A stretch of 64,000 bases of DNA from Gimesia sp. (GTDB lineage: Bacteria; Planctomycetota; Planctomycetia; Planctomycetales; Planctomycetaceae). Each line of letters starts with the position of its first letter. Positions within the stretch are counted from its first letter, which is position 1. The stretch lies in contig NZ_JBLXFK010000011.1 in the NCBI RefSeq assembly GCF_048262075.1, positions 55,920 through 119,919 of the forward strand, written 5' to 3'. The translations under genes were made by a program, and so were the position numbers. Below the pieces are notes generated by a model, which saw only the letters and a program-made list of their open reading frames with translations, was not told where the DNA came from and ran no database searches. Positions 9,713 through 18,472 of this stretch are shown piece by piece.

Positions 9713-12367
9713 TCAGGCGCCGCTATAATCGCGCTGTTTAAAACTCATTTTCTGGAAGTCATCTTTAAATGGAGAAGCTCCCTGTTTTTCAATGTTGGCT
9801 TTCCCCAGTTTATAGCGATAACTGTGTGTGATGGGGTCGGGCACGCGATGCACCAGGCTGTTACCCATTCGTTTTCCATACAGAAACATGCCAAATAACA
9901 GGCCCGGTTTGACAGCCGTTGTCAGGATGGCGACGGCTTTCATTTCTCCGCTGCCAACGCGAATGTGACCCTCTTTCATTAATTGCGTGAAGGAAAAACT
10001 CTTGGGTTCAATATGCTGGAAGCCACTCTGCTGAACCAGAATGTCATCGCTCCACAATCGTAGATAATCACCGCTCTCAATTCCGAGCGGGCCTGCATCG
10101 TCCGGATGAATCTCTACAAACGCATCAGGCCAGCGATCCGTGAGATATTTTTCCCGTAACGTATCGAAGCCTGACTGCCAGGTTTCGTTAATTCGACCTA
10201 CGGTAAACCAGAATTCACCCTGATCACGCTGGGGCGAAATACGTTCGTAATAGTCTACGAATAACTCCCACGGACTTTGAATCAAAAGTGCTTTGCCCGA
10301 GTGCGTATTGAAATGCGTCAACCATTTAGGATGGGAAGTTGGTCCTTGTGGCGTTCCCAGGTTGAGTTCTGGATCATGCAGGCGTCTTGTGCCAACCAAT
10401 TCGTTTTCTTCGAGTCGGATCGGCGTCTGAATGCCGGTCGTTCCCAGTTCGCGCAGTGCTTCATGACCTTTGACTCCCTCCTGTTTGGCTTTCCAGACGA
10501 GCGGATAATAGTCGAGAATGTTCCCACGGCTGAAGCGGGCTGCTTCTTCAAATACGGTATTCGCGTCCTTCCAGTCAAAGCCTTTGAATCCCATTTTTTG
10601 TGCGAACTGGCTGATGGCCCACCAGTCCGGTTTGGCTTCTCCGGGCGCATCACAGAATTGGGAATACAGACGCAAACGCCGTTCGCCGTTACAGCGGGCG
10701 CCGTCATGTTCTCCCCACTGGGCGGCTGGCAGGACGATGTCTGACAATTCGGTATTGAGTGGTTCGACCGGATAAATATCGGAATCCACCAGTACCATCC
10801 CGCCACTGTCTACGCGATCGATGAGCGTCTGGATGATTTCTTCACGATTGCGACTCGAAACTTGATGCGGGTTCTCCGTCGTTTGTTGACGAAACCTCTT
10901 CAGTAGTTCCTGACTGGCGGTCATTGCGCCCAGCCATGTGGTGCCAATCACCCAGGCAAAGCGGACTTGCCCCGCGGTGACCCAGCGGTCCAGGTCGAGT
11001 TCGAGTCTACGGCGGCCGGGAAGTTTCTCTGGCGATTTGGTGCGCGGATAAGAAGCCGCTCCAATCCAGCCACGTTGGTGTCCTCCCAGACGACTGACGA
11101 CGCGGCCCGGTCGATTGCCGGCACCACATAATAATGCCAGTGCAGCGAAGCTGGTTGTGTTGGTGTAATTGTTACTCCAGTAATTCCCTTTTTCGAAACC
11201 GAAGCTGGTACGCGGCCGTTTGCCGCCGCCACCGGAAATCATTTGAGCCGCTTGTTGAATTTTCTCTGGCGGGATGCCGGTGATTTTGGCTGCCGATTCC
11301 AGTTCCGCGGGGGCGTAGTTCAGTAACCAGTCCTTATATTTTTCAAAGGACAAGGCACCGATGCTGCCCCAGGTGGTTCTCCACTGCCAAGGCGTATTGC
11401 GGGTTCCCCGTCCAAAACCGCTGTCGATCTCCCATTCGTCGGCGATCCATTTCGAGATGAACTCTTTGTCTTCCCAATTGTTTTCCAGAATGATCCGATT
11501 CATTGCCAGATGTAGTAGTGTATCGGTGCCGGGATTGATTTGCAGAAACAGGCCGCCGTTTTTTTCCGCATACGCGACTCCCGCCGTCCGTCGCGGCAGG
11601 ACCATGATGATTTTGTTGTCCTGGTTCATCATCCATTCGGTAAACAGAACCGTTTTTGATTCGTAAGGATCGGTTCCTGAAATGAACAATACTTCCGCTT
11701 CGGACCAGTCCTGATAACTGGCGCTGAACGTTTTAATGCCGGCGTCATCAAGGCCCGCCGTATCGTTGCCCATACTTGGTTTGTCATGCACAGCATAAGC
11801 GGGGGTTTGAATGGCTTCGAATGCGAGTTTGGTGATGGCGTACGTGTTTTCGAAAAACTCGTACGAATACGTTTTCATCGCCCACGCCGATTCCCCATAC
11901 TTCTTCAGCACATGCTGACTGATGGCGGCCATCACATCGAGTGCCAGATCCCAGCTAACGCGTTGCAGCTTGCCGTTAATTCTGATTTGAGGATACAGCA
12001 GCCGATCTTTGGTGGGGGCTGAGGGGTGATAACATTTCTTGGCCAGAACACCGCCTCGAATCGAGTGGTTTCCATTGGGATTCACGACGGTCGCGTCGAA
12101 GTCGGGCAGCACGGCGACGTGCTGATCTTGACCGTCGAGTTGCACTATCGCATGCTGATTCGGACTGATCCAGGGCCCAAACTGCTCACCCGGAAAATCG
12201 ACTCCCAGCGCATTCTCCTTTGCTTGAGGCTTGCCTTCCTTGCCGAGCGGCCAAGTGTAGACTTTGTATCCACAGCCGACAATGCAGTATGCACAGACGG
12301 TCGTGCTGACTTTGGCATCAACCGGGGGCAGGGGGATGGCGTCATTCGTTTGCTGGTAATCTGTCAT
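9713..12367 (-). CDS. idrA: DMSO-reductase-family molybdoenzyme large subunit, AioA/IdrA family; most likely iodate reductase IdrA-like
   Basis: CAYCIVGC (C-X2-C-X3-C) plus NHSIRGG ([3Fe-4S] type), YSYEFFENTYAITKL, C-terminal molybdopterin-binding domain, no own signal peptide; next to Rieske and peroxidase genes. Confidence 0.8.
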   Translation of the reverse strand: MTDYQQTNDAIPLPPVDAKVSTTVCAYCIVGCGYKVYTWPLGKEGKPQAKENALGVDFPGEQFGPWISPNQHAIVQLDGQDQHVAVLPDFDATVVNPNGNHSIRGGVLAKKCYHPSAPTKDRLLYPQIRINGKLQRVSWDLALDVMAAISQHVLKKYGESAWAMKTYSYEFFENTYAITKLAFEAIQTPAYAVHDKPSMGNDTAGLDDAGIKTFSASYQDWSEAEVLFISGTDPYESKTVLFTEWMMNQDNKIIMVLPRRTAGVAYAEKNGGLFLQINPGTDTLLHLAMNRIILENNWEDKEFISKWIADEWEIDSGFGRGTRNTPWQWRTTWGSIGALSFEKYKDWLLNYAPAELESAAKITGIPPEKIQQAAQMISGGGGKRPRTSFGFEKGNYWSNNYTNTTSFAALALLCGAGNRPGRVVSRLGGHQRGWIGAASYPRTKSPEKLPGRRRLELDLDRWVTAGQVRFAWVIGTTWLGAMTASQELLKRFRQQTTENPHQVSSRNREEIIQTLIDRVDSGGMVLVDSDIYPVEPLNTELSDIVLPAAQWGEHDGARCNGERRLRLYSQFCDAPGEAKPDWWAISQFAQKMGFKGFDWKDANTVFEEAARFSRGNILDYYPLVWKAKQEGVKGHEALRELGTTGIQTPIRLEENELVGTRRLHDPELNLGTPQGPTSHPKWLTHFNTHSGKALLIQSPWELFVDYYERISPQRDQGEFWFTVGRINETWQSGFDTLREKYLTDRWPDAFVEIHPDDAGPLGIESGDYLRLWSDDILVQQSGFQHIEPKSFSFTQLMKEGHIRVGSGEMKAVAILTTAVKPGLLFGMFLYGKRMGNSLVHRVPDPITHSYRYKLGKANIEKQGASPFKDDFQKMSFKQRDYSGA

Positions 12368-12433
12368 GAGATTTCCGATGAGTGAATGTTGTCGATGGTG
12401 CTGTTCATGTGAAGCAGCGGCTGTGTGAATCTT

Positions 12434-12991
12434 CTAGGCAGGCGCCTGATGGTTATTTGCATAGCCGAATATTAATCCTTGAATACCGACGGCGTAGATC
12501 TCATCGCCTTCGGTTTCGAGCAGGATTTGAGGCAAGCCGGCTGTAGCATGTCCTGAAATGACCATGCCGTGTCGTGTTAGATCAAAGGTCGTCCAGTGCA
12601 GATAACAGGGGCCTGCGATACATGCTTTGCCGTCAAAGTTTTCATCGAGCCTTGCGCCCTGATGCGTACACAGACTGTTAAACGCGACGACGTTGCTCTC
12701 GGGCCCGACCCCTCCGCCGGCGGGTTCACTCAGACGAATCAGAAAATTCTCTGCATTCACATGATCCCAGGGGTAGCGAAACTTCTGAGGCTGGTTTGAT
12801 TTGAGTTGGCTCAAGTTTCCGATTTTTTTCCGGGGATACTCGCTGCGCAGGACTTGTGATTCTCCTAAAGTGGGGAGTGTCAACGTCAGCAGGGCGGCGC
12901 CTGAGCCAAACAGGAAGTGACGACGACTTAATTGGCCGAGCTCACCCGAGCAGCCTGCGGAGGGTGTCTCACATTCAGTCTGTTTTTTCAC
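12434..12991 (-). CDS. idrB: Tat-exported Rieske [2Fe-2S] small subunit (AioB/IdrB-like)
   Basis: SRRHFLF twin-arginine signal; CTH...CYLH Rieske ligands; TTFDLTRHGMVISGHAT. Likely start GTG 12991 with AAGGA upstream (ORF track extends to 13024). Confidence 0.8.
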   Translation of the reverse strand: MKKQTECETPSAGCSGELGQLSRRHFLFGSGAALLTLTLPTLGESQVLRSEYPRKKIGNLSQLKSNQPQKFRYPWDHVNAENFLIRLSEPAGGGVGPESNVVAFNSLCTHQGARLDENFDGKACIAGPCYLHWTTFDLTRHGMVISGHATAGLPQILLETEGDEIYAVGIQGLIFGYANNHQAPA

Positions 12992-15617
12992 GAGAATGAT
13001 TTCCTTCCGATTTAGGATCGGCACTTTGGTATTCAGGCAGTGAGGGACGTTTCATCGGAATCGGTTTGCCCGATAAGGACTTGAGGAACGCCAATAAGTC
13101 GCTTCGTTCTAACTCATCCAGACCCAGTGGGCGAATCAAACTACTTTGATTCGCAGTTGAGCCGCCGCCCGTATTATAAAAATCGATGACTTCTTCCAGC
13201 GTCCCGAACAAGCCGTTGTGCATATAGGGAGCAGTATGCGTGAGACCGCGAAGCGAAGGCGTGCGAAATTTGCCACGATCTGCTTCGCGTTTGGTGACGT
13301 AATATAAGCCGTCATCAGTGAAAGCGCTGCGATAGATATTTTGGGGCACACCTTTCGCAGCGAGTTCATAGCGGAACGTAATCTGCTTGATCGGGCTGGT
13401 CAGAAAGCCTGGATTCTGCGGAACCCCGATCGCGTAATAATTGTCATCGCTGGCCAGGGGGCCGTTGTGACAGGAAATACAGCCTGCTTTACCCTGAAAC
13501 AGATGATAACCCCGCTTGGCGGCCGGTGAGAGCGCGCTGGGGTCGCCTTTCAGAAAACGGTCAAAGGGAGTGTTATTGCTGACGATGGTTCTCTGAAATG
13601 AAGCGACGGATCGTAAAGCGTCATCCCAGCGAGGCAGGTCCGTTCCATAAATGGATTGAAACTGTTTGACATAGTCTGGTATCTGGGCAAGCCGTTCTTC
13701 ACCCAGAGTCGGGTCAAGATTACTGGCGACCGCGCCCGTCCAGGCACCGTTGTTTTGACTCTCGATACTGGTTTTGGCACCATCCCAGTTCAGCTTTCCA
13801 TAGTATCCCACGTTGAGAATGGTTTGCGAGTTCCTCCAGTGACTGGTTCCCGGTCCGCCCATGGAAATCGGCGTTTGGATCGTCCAGCCAGTATTGACCG
13901 GGTGACAACTGTTGCAGCTCATCGAACTGTCAGCCGACATTCGATGGTCAAAATAGAGCTGTCGGCCCAGTTCAATCTTTTCAGGAGTCAACGGGTTATC
14001 GGCGGGAGTGGGCACTGCAGGCAGTAAAGCTAGCGGAGGGAACGTTCGTGAGTTGTCAGCTTGTGCTGGCGTTGGTTTATTGGTTTGCTCCTGTGCCGCT
14101 GTTTCTCTACGCGGCAATAACTGATACGCGGGCAACTCGGGCCGTTCAACTTCGACGGATTTACTGCTCAAACTTTTCAGGAAGGCGACCAGGGCTTGCT
14201 GTTCCGGTCCTGTGAGATTCAATGGTTTCAGATCGGCTGTCTGCTGCGGACCGCCGCCTGCGTTATAAAAGGAGATGACCTCTTCCAGTGTTTTCAAGCT
14301 GCCGTTATGCATATAAGGAGCAGTTTTGGCGACTTCATACAGAGAGGGGGTACGAAACTTACCACGATCTTGTGTGTGGAAGGTCATTGATTCCCGACCG
14401 GGGTCCTGTTTCCGATTGCGGTAGTTGGGAGTTCCCAGGATGCGGAAGAAGCGGCGAAACGTGACCGCGCGTTCCGGGTCAGCCAGCAGATCGACTTTTT
14501 TAGGGACATCGAGGGCATGAAATCTCTGATCGGTGAGCGTCGGCTCTTGATGACAGTTCACACAACCTGCTTTGCCGCGAAACAGTACCAGCCCCCATTG
14601 TGCTTGATTCGAAAGGGCAGCGGTTTGTCCTGCCTGAAACGCGTCGTAAGGTGTCTGTCGGGAATTGAGTGTCCTGACATAAGCGGTTAACGCATTGAGG
14701 ATGCGACCAAACCGTGGTGCGCCACCATAGGCTTTTTCAAACAGTTCGCGATACGCGGGGACTTGTACCATGCGTTCGACCAGCAGCCTGCCATCACTGG
14801 CCATGAAATGGGCTTCAGTGAGATGGTCGCGGACCACGCTGGGTAAGTCGCCGATGCGTCCATCCAGAAAATATTCCTTCTGATAGCGGAGGTTTGAGAG
14901 TGAAGGCGTATTGCGAAACAGTTTCGTGGAAGGAAAACCTTTACTGAGCGGGCTGCCGTCAGTCCAGCTTATATCGGGTTGATGGCAGTTGGCGCAACTG
15001 AGCGAATTATTGGCTGAGAGGCGTTTATCGAAAAAAAGATAACGTCCAAGTGTGATCTCGGCTGCAGAAGGTACACTGAGACCGCCTGCTTTCAATGGAG
15101 CAGTATTGGATTCAACTGGCAAAGCGACTTCAATTGATTTTTGTTGTGTGGAGGAGTGATTGAAGGGAGACGCTGTCGCCGGTTTTCCCAGTGAGTCGAG
15201 GTAATTCACAATCAGATCCAGATCGTCGGCACTCAGCGAGTCTGCGAATGACTGCAACATGACACCCGCGGGATACTCATTTTCGGTTCCCTCAGGGGCG
15301 ATGAACGCATCAGGATTTTGAATCGACTCGCGAATATATTGTTTCGCGGTCTGATTTTTTCTGCGAGTTGCTGCTGTGATTCCCAGGCGAGATAGATCAG
15401 GGCCGACTTCACCATCGGCACCGGGCACACCGGGAATGATGTGGCAGCCGGCACAGCCTCCCAGATTGAAAGCATTAATGACGGCAAAAAGATTTTGTTT
15501 CGCTTTTGAATCCGACTTTTTTGAGTTTGATTGTGCGAAACCAGTTTCGAATCCCGAGAGGCAAAAAAATAAACACCAGATCATAACGGGTAGAATCGTT
15601 CTTTGAGGAATCATCAA
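12975..15617 (-). CDS. Pentaheme fusion: class I cytochrome c plus two di-heme cytochrome c peroxidase/MauG-like modules (IdrP1-P2 fusion-like)
   Basis: Signal peptide; five CXXCH motifs (CAGCH, CANCH, CVNCH, CNSCH, CISCH); two copies each of LG..L.FD.R.S, GKFRTPSL and APYMHNG. Confidence 0.85.
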   Translation of the reverse strand: MMIPQRTILPVMIWCLFFCLSGFETGFAQSNSKKSDSKAKQNLFAVINAFNLGGCAGCHIIPGVPGADGEVGPDLSRLGITAATRRKNQTAKQYIRESIQNPDAFIAPEGTENEYPAGVMLQSFADSLSADDLDLIVNYLDSLGKPATASPFNHSSTQQKSIEVALPVESNTAPLKAGGLSVPSAAEITLGRYLFFDKRLSANNSLSCANCHQPDISWTDGSPLSKGFPSTKLFRNTPSLSNLRYQKEYFLDGRIGDLPSVVRDHLTEAHFMASDGRLLVERMVQVPAYRELFEKAYGGAPRFGRILNALTAYVRTLNSRQTPYDAFQAGQTAALSNQAQWGLVLFRGKAGCVNCHQEPTLTDQRFHALDVPKKVDLLADPERAVTFRRFFRILGTPNYRNRKQDPGRESMTFHTQDRGKFRTPSLYEVAKTAPYMHNGSLKTLEEVISFYNAGGGPQQTADLKPLNLTGPEQQALVAFLKSLSSKSVEVERPELPAYQLLPRRETAAQEQTNKPTPAQADNSRTFPPLALLPAVPTPADNPLTPEKIELGRQLYFDHRMSADSSMSCNSCHPVNTGWTIQTPISMGGPGTSHWRNSQTILNVGYYGKLNWDGAKTSIESQNNGAWTGAVASNLDPTLGEERLAQIPDYVKQFQSIYGTDLPRWDDALRSVASFQRTIVSNNTPFDRFLKGDPSALSPAAKRGYHLFQGKAGCISCHNGPLASDDNYYAIGVPQNPGFLTSPIKQITFRYELAAKGVPQNIYRSAFTDDGLYYVTKREADRGKFRTPSLRGLTHTAPYMHNGLFGTLEEVIDFYNTGGGSTANQSSLIRPLGLDELERSDLLAFLKSLSGKPIPMKRPSLPEYQSADPKSEGNHSREKTD

Positions 15618-15885
15618 TACCCTGTTTCATTCGCGAGTTGTGCTGGTTTCGATTTTCAGAAAAACTTCAGTTTGAGTATAGGCCATGCGAATGGGAAATG
15701 TAATACAGGGTAGAAGACTCTCTTCAGTAACCGGCAGCATGAGCCCCACTGAGGACAGATGACCAGTTATGGTTATAAGAAACGACGTGGGAAAAACAGG
15801 ATATCGAGCATTCAATTCTGGCGAGATTTGCAAACAGACTACATTGACTCCCGGTTCAGTTTATCACCGGAGCGTGTACCAAAGA

Positions 15886-15921
15886 AAAACGTCCTGAACC
15901 AGGATTGGTCCAGGACGTTTT
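15886..15921 (-). terminator. Hairpin terminator downstream of tRNA-Gln
   Basis: AAAACGTCCTG...CAGGACGTTTT inverted repeat immediately 3' of the tRNA. Confidence 0.75.
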
Positions 15922-15925
15922 AAAA

Positions 15926-15996
15926 TTGCCCGACTAGGATTCGAACCTAGACTAAGTGAGTCAGAGTCACTCGTGCTACCGTTACACTATCAGGCA
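15926..15996 (-). tRNA. tRNA-Gln (anticodon CTG), CCA not encoded
   Basis: Reverse complement folds: TGCCTGA/TCGGGCA acceptor stem, AGTGA-CT-CTG-AC-TCACT anticodon arm, CTAGG-TTCGAAT-CCTAG T-arm. Confidence 0.95.
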
Positions 15997-16219
15997 ATAG
16001 ATGGTGCATGATATTACGTTGATAAGCTTAGTGGATAGCATCACTTGCAGCTTTCTCAGGCCATTATAGGGAATTTTTCTTCTACGCCAAGTCGATCAGG
16101 GAGAGAATTTTCTATTCTTTTTGGTCTGTTTCACACTTTTAAGCTGTTTGCGAGTATGACAGTATATAAACAGGGTCGGTTCATACGAAAGGGCCTGTCA
16201 TCGATTACTTTTCCCGGGA

Positions 16220-17020
16220 ATGGGGGCTTTAATGCGTTATTGGATTTTGCGAGCGGGGCTCTGTTTTTTCGTCTGCCTGGTCTCTTCTCGAGGGATCATT
16301 CAGGCTGACGAACCGAAAGCGGATCAGACAACTGCCCGTTTACAGGCCAAATTGAAAGAGACGATCCAGCAACTGTCCGAGCAAATTACACAGACTCCAG
16401 GAGTGTCGTCCCTCTATTCCCGACGCGGCGATGCTCATTTCTTTAAGGGAGATTTCAAAGCAGCAGTCGCCGATTACAACAAAATGATCGAACTGAACCC
16501 CTCAATCTCAGCCTCTCACTGGAGACGGGGGATCGCCTGTTACTATGCGAAGCAGTATACAGAAGCAGCGAAGCAATTCGAAATCTATCATTCGTTCGAT
16601 AACGTCGATCGCGAGAACGGCATCTGGCGGTTCTTTTCCCAGTACAAGGCTAAAGGTGCCGCTGCAGCGCAACAGGGGTTGCTCAAATATGAAAAGGATG
16701 ATCGGGAACCCTTTCCCGATCTGTATCGGATGTTTCAGGGCAAGACGACTCCGGAAACCGTAGTAAAAAATATTGAGACTGCCGAGATTGATGCGCAGGA
16801 ACGCAGTAAACGCTATTTTTATGCGTACCTTTATATCGGCTTAAACGAATCGTTGCATGGTCGTCAGGAGCAGGCACGAAGTTTTCTCACTAAGTCTGTT
16901 GAGAATGACTGGGGGCCGGCTGCCGGTTTTGGCCCTAATTATATGTGGCATACCGGACGACTCGAGTTACAATTGCTTTCGGCACCAAACGAAAAACCGG
17001 AAGCAAAGCCAGAAAAATAA
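16220..17020 (+). CDS. Secreted tetratricopeptide-repeat protein (NlpI-like)
   Basis: Signal peptide; TPR patterns (RRGDAHFFKGDFKAAVADYNKMIELNP); YFYAYLYIG. Confidence 0.7.
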   Translation: MGALMRYWILRAGLCFFVCLVSSRGIIQADEPKADQTTARLQAKLKETIQQLSEQITQTPGVSSLYSRRGDAHFFKGDFKAAVADYNKMIELNPSISASHWRRGIACYYAKQYTEAAKQFEIYHSFDNVDRENGIWRFFSQYKAKGAAAAQQGLLKYEKDDREPFPDLYRMFQGKTTPETVVKNIETAEIDAQERSKRYFYAYLYIGLNESLHGRQEQARSFLTKSVENDWGPAAGFGPNYMWHTGRLELQLLSAPNEKPEAKPEK

Positions 17021-17089
17021 GCTCTGACTGTTCTTCAACCAGAAAAACTCAACGTCAGTACTGCGAAGTACTTGAAGGGATCTGCGAAG

Positions 17090-18472
17090 ATGAAATGGAA
17101 CCTGTCTGCCTGCTGCCTGAATTATTTACTGGCGCTATTAGTAGTCCCGTTTCTGTCCGTTGAAGTCTGTCTGGCTCAAGACGCTCTGCCCGGGGTCAAG
17201 TCGGAGGCATCGTCCGCCGAGCTGCAGGAAAAACAAAAAGAAGCGCTGGCCCACGCACAACAGGGGCAGGCCTTGCTTAACCAGAAAGACTGGAAAGGTG
17301 CGATTGCAGAATTCGAACAATCAGTTGAATTACAGCCGGAAAACAGCATGTTGCATTATCTGCTGGGCATTGCATATCTGGAGAATTCCCAAGCCAGTAA
17401 AAGTTGGGTTGAGATCCGCAAAGCGGTCCTGCTGGATACGGGAAATAAACGGGCAGTTCAGGATTACCTCAAATTCTGGAGCTTTTTCGATCGCAAGGGG
17501 ATCCTCAATGTCGGGACACCGGAGGTCGAAGTGCTCAAACTACTGGGGAAACCAGACAGTCAACGGGAGAATAAAGGTGAAACCCGCTTGATTTATGGAT
17601 TCATGTGGCTCAATTTCCGTAATGCCAGCCTGTATGCCGTGATTGATACGCGGGGATTGTCGGCGAAATATATGGCTGCAGTTAAGTCGATGAAATTTCA
17701 TTTGGGGGATCCCTGGCGAGAGGGTTATCGCATGATGAATTCCACGAACGCACTCACCGAATATATCATTCCCCCTGAAACCGTTCAGGATTATCAACAG
17801 CTGTTTTCCACGCAACGATTATTTAAACTCGGCGAGCAGACATCTGCCAGGGAAATGATGAATCGCATGAAGAGCCTGGTTGAAAAGTCATATCAACTGG
17901 AAGAGTGGAATGTGATTGAGGATGGCGAGGATGATATCCTGTATGAATGGCGGGTTGCAAAAAGTGACAATACACCTGCACAACATGAAATCAACAGAAT
18001 GGTGCGCGGCGGGCGTGATATGCATCGCCTGGGATATGTCTCTCGGAAACTGCCTCTCAAAGCAGCAGATCGTGAGGAATGGATTAAAAGGCTGAAATCG
18101 GCGGACCTGATTGTCGCTCATCCCGAAACGGCGAACCTGACGGCCGCTCAGAAGCAGGAGCTGGCAGACCAGCTGAAATCGAAATCGAGAGAGATTATCA
18201 AGAAGCAATTGCAGTACATCCGTAAGGGAGATGTGGCCTCCATGCAACCTTATTTTACGGAACGGGTCAGAAAGTTCATCACAAAAGAATCGCTCAATCA
18301 GGCAAAAGCACAGGCCGAATCTGCCAACCCGGAGGAGCTCGTCCATGATATCGAAATACAGGAAGTTGATGGCACTCTTCAGGCAAAAATCAAGATGAAA
18401 AATGGCCGAACCCTGACAACACTCGTCCCCGTTAACGGGAAATGGGAAGCTGACACAATCTGGTTTGAGTAA
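17090..18472 (+). CDS. Secreted TPR-containing multidomain hypothetical protein
   Basis: Signal peptide from ATG 17090; TPR (GQALLNQKDWKGAIAEFEQSVELQPEN); further uncharacterised domains. Confidence 0.65.
   Translation: MKWNLSACCLNYLLALLVVPFLSVEVCLAQDALPGVKSEASSAELQEKQKEALAHAQQGQALLNQKDWKGAIAEFEQSVELQPENSMLHYLLGIAYLENSQASKSWVEIRKAVLLDTGNKRAVQDYLKFWSFFDRKGILNVGTPEVEVLKLLGKPDSQRENKGETRLIYGFMWLNFRNASLYAVIDTRGLSAKYMAAVKSMKFHLGDPWREGYRMMNSTNALTEYIIPPETVQDYQQLFSTQRLFKLGEQTSAREMMNRMKSLVEKSYQLEEWNVIEDGEDDILYEWRVAKSDNTPAQHEINRMVRGGRDMHRLGYVSRKLPLKAADREEWIKRLKSADLIVAHPETANLTAAQKQELADQLKSKSREIIKKQLQYIRKGDVASMQPYFTERVRKFITKESLNQAKAQAESANPEELVHDIEIQEVDGTLQAKIKMKNGRTLTTLVPVNGKWEADTIWFE

Noticed and set aside
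9713-13024. Canonical arsenite oxidase aioBA
   Set aside because: The fold family fits, but the active-site-proximal segment is YSYEFFENTY rather than the AioA GGGFENTW type, there are no aioXSR or ars genes nearby, and a double peroxidase is attached. Not fully excluded without a phylogeny.
9560-15996. Active integrative element at tRNA-Gln
   Set aside because: No integrase, and no copy of the tRNA 3' end found by eye at 9560-9720 or 7840-8030.
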